Origin: an uncultured archaeon
GTDB taxonomy: Archaea > Iainarchaeota > Iainarchaeia > Iainarchaeales > CSSED10-239
DNA: 6,821 bases
Assembly (NCBI GenBank): GCA_964463155.1
Contig: CAYXAY010000037.1
Coordinates: 1 to 6,821 of the forward strand
Direction of reading: 5' to 3'
The notes under the pieces are model-generated. The model was not told where the DNA came from. It did not search any database and was given only the letters and a program-made list of their open reading frames with translations. Positions 1 to 5,655 of this stretch are shown here, piece by piece; the first letter of the stretch is position 1, and the number at the start of each line of letters is the position of its first letter. Position numbers and translations under genes: made by a program.

Positions 1-24
1 AAATTATTTATATACGGTGAAAAG

Positions 25-735
25 ATGGCTAAAAGAATAATTTCAACTCTTAAAAAAAGAATAAATGAATTTAAAACCAGAGAAACAGCAATAAGACCAA
101 AGACCAAACAAATTTTAAATTCAATAGAGAAAAAATATAGTTCTCCTAAAGAATATTTCGATAACAGAATTCAAAAAATTACTTCAGAGTTTTATGCTTT
201 AAATGATATTTTAAAATCTAAAGAATTACCCATTAACCCAAGAGATATTAAATTAAATCCAAAAGATCCATTGTATAATGAAAAAAGTAAATTTCTTGCT
301 AATCAAACAGCATTAAGATTAACAAATAGAATTAATCCAAAAAAAATAGGAAATGTTTTTGAAATAAAGTTAACACTTATTTTAAAAAATAAAAAGCTTT
401 CAGCACATGAAAAGAGAAAACAACTTGCATCTTTACTTGAAGAAGTAGATTCTGTTTATAATAGATTTGAAATAGGGAATAAAATTAGAATTCTTGAAAC
501 AGAAGTAAGTAAAAATGTAGAGAGAGCAACTAATATTAACAAAGAAATAGATTCTTTTTTAAAAGATAATTCTGTTAATCTTATAGAAAAGAAAGAGTTA
601 TTGTCTTTTTTAGAGTTTTGGAAAAGAAATATTAGAAACACAAATGCAATTTTAAGAGAATATAAAAGTAAATTGTATGATATAGAATTATTAAAACAAA
701 AAATAATAATAGAAATCCGCAGAATCAAAGGATAA
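25..735 (+). CDS. Hypothetical Lys/Asn/Glu-rich, probably largely alpha-helical/coiled-coil protein (236 aa); no domain recognised
   Basis: Long ORF in AT-rich DNA with ATG at 25. A GGTGA Shine-Dalgarno motif lies at 16-20, 4 nt upstream. The stop at 733-735 is only 5 nt before the next start, which has its own AAGGA at 728-732, suggesting co-transcription or coupling with the DHH gene. The antisense ORF 456-764 is low-complexity and judged spurious. I recognise no catalytic motifs or TM segments. Confidence 0.6.
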   Translation: MAKRIISTLKKRINEFKTRETAIRPKTKQILNSIEKKYSSPKEYFDNRIQKITSEFYALNDILKSKELPINPRDIKLNPKDPLYNEKSKFLANQTALRLTNRINPKKIGNVFEIKLTLILKNKKLSAHEKRKQLASLLEEVDSVYNRFEIGNKIRILETEVSKNVERATNINKEIDSFLKDNSVNLIEKKELLSFLEFWKRNIRNTNAILREYKSKLYDIELLKQKIIIEIRRIKG

Positions 736-740
736 TAATA

Positions 741-1688
741 ATGAAAACAATAATTTTTTATCATAATGATCTTGATGGCTTATCTTCGGCTTTAGGTTTT
801 GTATATAATGATTATTTAGATAGATTTTCTAAAATTATTCCTACCTATAAAAAATTAAAAAAACATTATTATTTTTATGAAGTCCATTATGGAATGGATA
901 ATATTTTTGAAATATTAGAAAAAAATAACATAGATATAAATAGATTTGAAAGGGCCATAGTTTTAGACTATAGTTTTAGTAAAGAGACAATGTCTAAATT
1001 CTTAACTGTTTTTAAAAAAAAATTTGTGTGGATTGACCACCATAAAAATATTATTTCTGAAATGTCCGATTTAGAAATTGAAGGATTAAGAGATATTAAT
1101 CATTCATCAAGTGTTTTAGTTTGGAAATATTTTAATACAGAACCAACTTTGTTTTCACAATATATTCAAGACATGGATCTATGGACTTGGCAATTACCAG
1201 ATTCAAAAGATGTCTTGCAATATATCGATTTTTTATATCTTCAAATTTATGATAAAGATAAAGATCGTGAATTTGAAATAATTAATGAGTATTTAAAACT
1301 ATTCAACGATGATTATTTTAAAGAGTGTTTCCCAATATTTAAAGAATATGGAAAATTAATGAATACATATATTAACACAAAAGTAAAAGATGATGTTTCT
1401 ACTGGAAAGGTAATAGTATTTGATGGAATAAAAACTTATGTTGTTAATTCTCAGTTTAAAGCAGGATATATTTCAGAATATATTTTTAATTCCGAATTTT
1501 ATAAAGATATAGAAATGATAATTGTTTGGTATAGATATTATACAAAAGGACAAACGCAAAAAGATTTTGATAAAATAAGTCTAAGATCAAAAAATATTGA
1601 TTGTTCAATTATTGCTAAAAAATACGGCGGAAATGGGCATCCCAAATCTAGTGGATTTATTTGTGATGATTTTTCAAAGTTAATTTAG
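741..1688 (+). CDS. DHH/DHHA1-family phosphoesterase, stand-alone NrnB/COG2404-like (oligoribonuclease or cyclic-nucleotide phosphodiesterase type)
   Basis: All DHH-superfamily motifs appear in the canonical order. Motif I is FYHNDLDG (762-779). Motif II is VLDYS. Motif III is WIDHHKN, with DHH encoded at 1035-1043 as gac cac cat. Motif IV is DMDLW. The DHHA1 signature GGNGHPKSSGF lies near the C-terminus (GGNGH at 1626-1640). Size is 315 aa with no extra sensor or TM domains. Confidence 0.85.
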   Translation: MKTIIFYHNDLDGLSSALGFVYNDYLDRFSKIIPTYKKLKKHYYFYEVHYGMDNIFEILEKNNIDINRFERAIVLDYSFSKETMSKFLTVFKKKFVWIDHHKNIISEMSDLEIEGLRDINHSSSVLVWKYFNTEPTLFSQYIQDMDLWTWQLPDSKDVLQYIDFLYLQIYDKDKDREFEIINEYLKLFNDDYFKECFPIFKEYGKLMNTYINTKVKDDVSTGKVIVFDGIKTYVVNSQFKAGYISEYIFNSEFYKDIEMIIVWYRYYTKGQTQKDFDKISLRSKNIDCSIIAKKYGGNGHPKSSGFICDDFSKLI

Positions 1689-1743
1689 TTAAATACAAAA
1701 ATCTTTAAAAGTGTTTTGTATCTAATTTATTGTGGGATAAGAT

Positions 1744-3117
1744 ATGGACGAAAAATATGATGTAATATTTATTGGTGCTGGACCTGCTGGAATTTTTGGA
1801 GCTTATGAACTTTCTACGAATAATCCTCAATTAAAAATTTTATTAATAGACAAAGGACAACTTGTAGAAAATAGACAAAAAACAGATGTCATGACTGGTT
1901 TTGGGGGGGCTGGAACTTTTTCTGATGGCAAACTTCATTTTACTCCGGTTTTAAGTCATGAAAAATTGTTTCATCTTTATACAATATCAGAATATCAAGA
2001 CTATTTAAACTATGTTGAAAAATTATTTTTAAATTTTGGAGTTCCTGCAGAATACTATCCAAAAGATCTTAAGAAAACCCAAGAATTGGTTGATCTTTCT
2101 CAAAAGCATAACATAAAATTATTTATAAGAAAAACAATACATGTAGGAACGGACAAACTTCCGGCAGTAATAAAGAAATTTCAAGATTATTTAATTGAGA
2201 AAAATGTAATATTATTACCGAATACAGAAGTTTTGGATTTATTAGTTAAAGATAATATTATTCACGGAGTAATTCTTGCCGATGGAACCGAAATTAAATC
2301 TAAATATGTTGTTTGTGCACCAGGAAGATATAATTCTTCGTGGATTGAAAAGATTTCATTAAAGCACAATCTTGAAAAAATGTATGAAAAAATAGAAGTG
2401 GGGGTAAGGGTTGAATTCCCAGCAGCTTTAATTGAAGAACACGCAGAATTAATGTATGAAACTGTTTATTTGATGTATTCCAAAACATATGATGATGTTG
2501 TTAGAACTTTTTGTCCTTGTCCTCGCGGATATGTTGCAACAGAAGAATATGATGATTTTGTTTGTGTTAATGGGCATAGTAATCATAGCTTAGATGGGAA
2601 AAATTCAAATTTTGCTTTGGTTACAGAAGTAAAGTTAACAGAACCTTTAGAAAATACAAGACTTTTTGCAAACTTTGTGGCCCAAGGTGCAACATTAGTT
2701 GGTGGTGGGAAACCAATTGTTCAAAGAGTTAAAGATTTAAAAGTTGGAAGAAGAAGTACATATTCAAGACTTCAACACGCACACATTACTCCATCTTTAA
2801 AAGAAGCTATTCCTGGTGACATTGGTCTTGCTCTACCATATAGAATTACAAAAAATCTAATAGAAGGAATAGAGCTGCTTGATAAGATTTTTCCAGGTCT
2901 TGATGGAGATTCCACATTTCTTTATGCCCCGGAGGTAAAATTTAGATCTACAAAGATTAAAACAAACAAACATTTAGAAACACATATTAATAATCTTTAT
3001 ATGGCAGGGGACGGTGCGGGGGTTTCTGGAAACATTGTTGGAGCAGCAATAACAGGAATAATTGCAGCAGAAGGAATTTTAGAAAAAGAAAAACGAAAAT
3101 CAATTAAATTATTTTAA
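1744..3117 (+). CDS. FAD-dependent dehydrogenase/oxidoreductase, COG2509-like (function uncharacterised)
   Basis: The N-terminus carries a Rossmann dinucleotide-binding motif, DVIFIGAGPAGIFGAYEL (GAGPAG at 1774-1791). The motifs GFGGAGTFSDGKL and FCPCPRGYV match those I recall as characteristic of the uncharacterised FAD-dependent dehydrogenase family COG2509. The C-terminal MAGDGAGVSGNIVGAAITG is a typical second FAD-contact motif. Size is 457 aa. Confidence 0.85.
   Translation: MDEKYDVIFIGAGPAGIFGAYELSTNNPQLKILLIDKGQLVENRQKTDVMTGFGGAGTFSDGKLHFTPVLSHEKLFHLYTISEYQDYLNYVEKLFLNFGVPAEYYPKDLKKTQELVDLSQKHNIKLFIRKTIHVGTDKLPAVIKKFQDYLIEKNVILLPNTEVLDLLVKDNIIHGVILADGTEIKSKYVVCAPGRYNSSWIEKISLKHNLEKMYEKIEVGVRVEFPAALIEEHAELMYETVYLMYSKTYDDVVRTFCPCPRGYVATEEYDDFVCVNGHSNHSLDGKNSNFALVTEVKLTEPLENTRLFANFVAQGATLVGGGKPIVQRVKDLKVGRRSTYSRLQHAHITPSLKEAIPGDIGLALPYRITKNLIEGIELLDKIFPGLDGDSTFLYAPEVKFRSTKIKTNKHLETHINNLYMAGDGAGVSGNIVGAAITGIIAAEGILEKEKRKSIKLF
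3083..3099 (-). terminator. Oligo-T tracts downstream of the GGDEF-like gene stop, embedded in the last codons of the FAD-dehydrogenase gene
   Basis: Plus-strand agaaaaagaaaaacgaaaat (3081-3100) reads attttcgtttttctttttct on the minus strand, giving T4, T5 and T5 runs within 30 nt of the minus-strand stop (3109-3111). Confidence 0.3.
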
Positions 3118-3741
3118 TCTTTTTTGATATTCATAACAATAAGTAATATATCTATCCGCAATTTGTTTTAAATATTTCCTATTACAAGAAAGATCAATAA
3201 TAAATTCATCACCGGCCGCATCATTTTTTCTATTATTTAATAAATCGTTACTATTTAGCATGTCTTTTTCTTTTCGATCCTTTGAGTTTCTTATATTTTT
3301 AGATAGTGCTTTTCCTATTGCTTCAAGATATCTATCAACAGTCTCATATCCATATTTTTTATTTAAATAGTGCATAGAATCGGCATCAAATAAAAAGATA
3401 AATCTATTTTTAATATTATATTTTTTTGTTTTTTCTAATCTTTTCTTTTCAATATAATATCCTAATTTATTTAGTAATTTAGTTTTAGGATCTCTTTTTA
3501 ATATTTCTAAATCTTTGAGTGCATTAGGAAAATTAGATAATTTTTTTTCAAGTCTTATATATGCATTAATAATTTCAGATGGAATAATATTTATATATTT
3601 AAGTTTTGGTCCGTTGTAAATTTCTACATTAAATTTTTTGTGTTTGTATTTGTTTTTCTTTGCAATTTTTAAAGCTTCTTCGGCTTCTAAAAGATTGTGT
3701 CCAATTCCAACACTTAATTTTATTAAAACCTTTTCATTCAT
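3109..3741 (-). CDS. Minimal stand-alone GGDEF-like nucleotide cyclase (AGDEF active-site variant), apparently circularly permuted; 210 aa
   Basis: Motif-level match to the GGDEF domain. DPKTKLLN (aa 84-91, 3469-3492) matches D-x-L-T-G-L-x-N. FIFLFDADSMHYLNKKYGY (aa 114-132) matches hhhh-D-x-D-x-F-K-x-h-N-D-x-Y-G-H. ETVDRYLEAIGKAL matches xxGDxxLxxvAxxL. AAGDEFIIDL matches GGDEFaill (AGDEF at 3202-3216, plus-strand aaattcatcaccggc, which is gcc ggt gat gaa ttt on the minus strand). The normally C-terminal element vtvSiGvA...AD-ALY-AK-GRN is instead matched at the N-terminus, LIKLSVGIGHNLLEAEEALKIAKKNK (aa 6-30). The CDS itself is well supported: it is a clean ORF with a consensus TATA box 23-30 nt upstream of the ATG. 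The functional call rests on by-eye motif recognition only. Confidence 0.6.
   Translation of the reverse strand: MNEKVLIKLSVGIGHNLLEAEEALKIAKKNKYKHKKFNVEIYNGPKLKYINIIPSEIINAYIRLEKKLSNFPNALKDLEILKRDPKTKLLNKLGYYIEKKRLEKTKKYNIKNRFIFLFDADSMHYLNKKYGYETVDRYLEAIGKALSKNIRNSKDRKEKDMLNSNDLLNNRKNDAAGDEFIIDLSCNRKYLKQIADRYITYCYEYQKRLK
3118..3125 (+). terminator. T6 tract immediately downstream of the FAD-dehydrogenase stop, embedded in the 3' end of the convergent gene
   Basis: The sequence after the TAA at 3115-3117 is tcttttttg, with the T run at 3120-3125. Confidence 0.35.
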
Positions 3742-3763
3742 AATAATTATGTGATTTAAGAAA

Positions 3764-3771
3764 TATATAAA
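3764..3771 (-). promoter_or_regulatory. Archaeal-type TATA box (TTTATATA on minus strand) positioned for a leaderless transcript of the GGDEF-like gene
   Basis: Plus-strand tatataaa at 3764-3771 reads TTTATATA on the minus strand, 23-30 nt upstream of the A of the ATG (3741). This is the spacing expected if transcription starts at or next to the start codon. No Shine-Dalgarno motif lies between the box and the ATG, unlike the neighbouring genes. Confidence 0.5.
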
Positions 3772-3802
3772 TTCATACCCCTTATTTTTTTGTGAATTTG
3801 TT

Positions 3803-3818
3803 AAAAAATAAGAAAAAA
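3803..3818 (-). terminator. Oligo-T termination signals directly after the CofE-like stop codon
   Basis: Plus-strand A6 runs at 3813-3818 and 3803-3808 give two T6 runs on the minus strand, beginning 1 nt after the TAA (3820-3822). This is typical of archaeal intrinsic termination and separates the CofE-like and GGDEF-like transcription units. Confidence 0.45.
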
Positions 3819-3819
3819 T

Positions 3820-5007
3820 TTATATAAACCCTCTTACAATAACGATAGGAGTATTAGCATCAGCACTCCCAGAAACTAAGTCTGCAAGACTTGCTACAAG
3901 ATTTCTTACCTTTCTTGGTGTTGTTCCTTCACAAGATATCTTACCTTTGTCTGTGCTGCATTTGATTTTGTTTTTTTCCTTTTCAATTTCTTTTTCTATC
4001 TGTTTTTTGGTTTTGCCTTCATTAAGAAGTTTTTGCATCAAGTATTTTGTTTTAACACCAACCCTTCTTATTTTTTCAATGCCGGGAGTTACTCCAAAAG
4101 CACATACAGGATCAGCAAGCTCGTAGATTCCCGATTCTGGGTCTTTGTAAGCACCATCGCCATATACCATGACCTCAATGTTTTTTTTGAATTCTTTTTT
4201 AATCATTCTTTGGATGTCAAGACAAACCTTGTCAGCACCTCTTGGTGGAAGTTTCAATATCCCTTTTTCAGGATCAAGAATATTAGACCCCAAAAGACCA
4301 TACTCTGAATATGCTTTTTTATTTTTGTCTGAACAGATATCCTGTAAGGTTATTGTGTTTTTTAAATGTGGTTTAATTTCTTCAATAATTTTTTTTCTTC
4401 CATGAATGTTTGAGACAATTATTCCAGTGGGCTTCTGTTTCAAGATGTATGTTGTTTGATTTGAAAGATAGATTTCTGCTTTTGCTTTTTGTTTCTTAAT
4501 AATGTCTTCATAAAACGTGATATAGTCTATTCCGGTCTCTGGATGTTTGAATCTTTCTTTTCCTATTTTCTCTAAAGTTATCTTATCTTCAAGTTTGATT
4601 TTTTTATTTTTTAAAAATTTAGTCGAAATTATTTGGTTCCCTTCTTCGTCTGCAGGAAAAGACAATTGAACAACTACCTTGCCTTTTGGCACACAACTAG
4701 CTATTGCTTGAAGTATTAAAGAAAATCTGTTTCTGGAAGTTATTGGAAAGATTACTCCAATTGTGGAGTTGTCTTTTAGTTTAAGTTTAGAAATTACTTC
4801 GGTTTTAATGTCATCAACACTAACAAAGTTATTTTGTGTTATTGCAGTCACCGCTTCCTTTACGCAAACAATGTCTCCATTACCAATCAAGTTTTTGTTT
4901 TTCTTAAATGTGTTTTTGATAACTTCAATTAAATTATCCTTTGGTATTATGATGCCTGTCTTTATACCGTATGCAATTACTCCTATATTTTCTTTTTTAT
5001 ATTTCAT
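3820..5007 (-). CDS. CofE-like protein (F420-0:gamma-glutamyl ligase family, PF01996/COG1478-like), long form with insertions; substrate unknown
   Basis: Three regions match CofE signatures. NGDIVCVKEAVTAITQ corresponds to GD-h-hVh-S-K-hhSKAEGR. GSNILDPEKGILKLPPRGADKVCLDIQRMI...IEVMVYGDGAYKD corresponds to NAGID-SN...LLLP-DPD-SA-L...GVIITDT-GR. The C-terminal VASLADLVSGSADANTPIVIVRGF (IVIVRGF at 3826-3846) corresponds to ADEhAAAA-LhMG...PhVhhRG. A GAGGA Shine-Dalgarno motif lies on the minus strand (plus-strand tcctc, 5017-5021), 9 nt upstream of the ATG at 5007. At 395 aa it is much longer than the ~250-aa canonical CofE. Confidence 0.75.
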   Translation of the reverse strand: MKYKKENIGVIAYGIKTGIIIPKDNLIEVIKNTFKKNKNLIGNGDIVCVKEAVTAITQNNFVSVDDIKTEVISKLKLKDNSTIGVIFPITSRNRFSLILQAIASCVPKGKVVVQLSFPADEEGNQIISTKFLKNKKIKLEDKITLEKIGKERFKHPETGIDYITFYEDIIKKQKAKAEIYLSNQTTYILKQKPTGIIVSNIHGRKKIIEEIKPHLKNTITLQDICSDKNKKAYSEYGLLGSNILDPEKGILKLPPRGADKVCLDIQRMIKKEFKKNIEVMVYGDGAYKDPESGIYELADPVCAFGVTPGIEKIRRVGVKTKYLMQKLLNEGKTKKQIEKEIEKEKNKIKCSTDKGKISCEGTTPRKVRNLVASLADLVSGSADANTPIVIVRGFI

Positions 5008-5108
5008 AATTTGTCATCCTCAAATAGAAGTAAATAAAAATGCTTTTAAATATTTGTATTTTCTATATTTATTGAAAAACATATTATTGTTATAAAAGGT
5101 GAAAACTC
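5008..5108. promoter_or_regulatory. Divergent promoter region between the CofE-like gene (-) and the zinc-ribbon gene (+)
   Basis: This is a 101-bp AT-rich spacer. The palindromic ttttaaatattt around 5044-5055 is TATA-like on both strands, about 26 nt upstream of the minus-strand Shine-Dalgarno region. The motif tatattta at 5064-5071 lies about 27 nt upstream of the plus-strand GGTGA Shine-Dalgarno region. The assignments are by eye only. Confidence 0.4.
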
Positions 5109-5582
5109 ATGGTATTATACAAATATTGTCCAAAATGTTATTCTTTAAATGTTGTTATTGAACCAGGAACTATGAATCACAAATGTAAACAATGTGGTTT
5201 TGTAGGAGTTATTGCTCAAGACAGCATTGATAAAATAAATGTTATGAAAAAGTCAAAGGATACTCAAAGATCTTCCGCATCTTATCAAGGTTCAATATCT
5301 AATCTAAGAACTGGCAGTCTAGGAAATGACTGTGAGGTTATGATAAAAAAAGACGACCCCTTCAATGATGAAATTGAAGCAATAGATGCTCCTCAAGGAA
5401 ACTATTCAGATAAGGATTTTGAAGATAAAGAAGACAAACTAGAATCTAGACAATCAAACATCATGAAAAAAAGAGCAGCACCAGCAAACAACCTTCCATC
5501 ATATGGTCTTTCTAAGAAAGACAATCGTTCAGTAAAGGAAAGACTAAAGGAAAGAGGTGGAAAAGACTGGGGTCTTTTGTAA
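5109..5582 (+). CDS. Zinc-ribbon protein with long disordered Ser/Asp/Glu/Lys-rich C-terminal tail (157 aa), function unknown
   Basis: The N-terminus has CPKC (5127-5138) and CKQC (5184-5195) spaced 15 residues apart, the classic C4 zinc ribbon arrangement. The remaining ~120 aa are low-complexity and charged. A GGTGA Shine-Dalgarno motif at 5098-5102 lies 6 nt upstream of the ATG at 5109. The antisense ORF 5402-5650 is judged spurious. Confidence 0.65.
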   Translation: MVLYKYCPKCYSLNVVIEPGTMNHKCKQCGFVGVIAQDSIDKINVMKKSKDTQRSSASYQGSISNLRTGSLGNDCEVMIKKDDPFNDEIEAIDAPQGNYSDKDFEDKEDKLESRQSNIMKKRAAPANNLPSYGLSKKDNRSVKERLKERGGKDWGLL

Positions 5583-5655
5583 ATTGGAGGAAACATATCT
5601 GAAAAAGAAAACAAACAGTAAACACAATAAGTAATTAATACTTTGGGCATTATTG

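Noticed and set aside
7-14. Exact TTTATATA upstream of the first gene, considered as its promoter
   Set aside because: It lies only 11-18 nt upstream of the ATG at 25, so a TSS about 24-26 nt downstream of the box would fall inside the CDS. There is no nearby downstream in-frame Met. The GGTGA Shine-Dalgarno motif at 16-20 suggests a leadered mRNA from a promoter off-window. The box may be incidental AT-rich sequence.
456-764. 102-aa minus-strand ORF antisense to the 3' half of the 25-735 gene and the start of the DHH gene
   Set aside because: The translation is low-complexity and Ile/Phe/Leu/Ser-rich, typical of the antisense frame of Lys/Glu/Asn-rich AT-rich genes. It has no Shine-Dalgarno or TATA signal and overlaps two better-supported CDSs.
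1903-1909. G7 homopolymer in an AT-rich genome (and an A9 run at 1014-1022), considered as slippage or phase-variation tracts
   Set aside because: The G7 run encodes the conserved Gly-Gly of the GFGGAG motif (ttt ggg ggg gct), and the A9 run encodes Lys-Lys-Lys. Both are in frame in intact genes, and A/T runs are expected at this composition. There is no evidence of frameshifting.
2300-2488. 62-aa minus-strand ORF inside the FAD-dehydrogenase gene
   Set aside because: It is short, lies entirely antisense within a CDS with strong family motifs, and has no expression signals.
3220-3231. RKND (aa 171-174) just before AGDEF, considered as an RxxD allosteric I-site
   Set aside because: In canonical diguanylate cyclases the RxxD motif is separated from GG[D/E]EF by five residues. 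Here it is essentially adjacent (RKND-A-AGDEF), so it is not a canonically placed I-site.
4033-4405. Two plus-strand ORFs (91 aa and 78 aa) inside the CofE-like gene
   Set aside because: Both are antisense to a motif-supported CDS. Their translations are Phe/Ser/Leu-rich shadow-frame artefacts, and the two overlap each other in different frames.
4763-5095. 110-aa plus-strand ORF overlapping the 5' end of the CofE-like gene and the divergent promoter
   Set aside because: It is a hydrophobic, low-complexity shadow ORF. It would run through the promoter/Shine-Dalgarno region of two supported genes and has no start-site signals.
5586-5590. GGAGG Shine-Dalgarno-like motif just after the zinc-ribbon gene stop, considered as the RBS of a downstream small gene
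   Set aside because: No ATG, GTG or TTG lies at suitable spacing. The only in-frame reading gives about 8 codons from a non-start ATA before a stop.
5402-5650. 82-aa minus-strand ORF overlapping the 3' end of the zinc-ribbon gene
   Set aside because: It is antisense to the low-complexity tail of the supported gene. I see no Shine-Dalgarno or TATA signal and no recognisable motif. Its 5' end does lie in the unexplained non-coding region, so it cannot be excluded absolutely.
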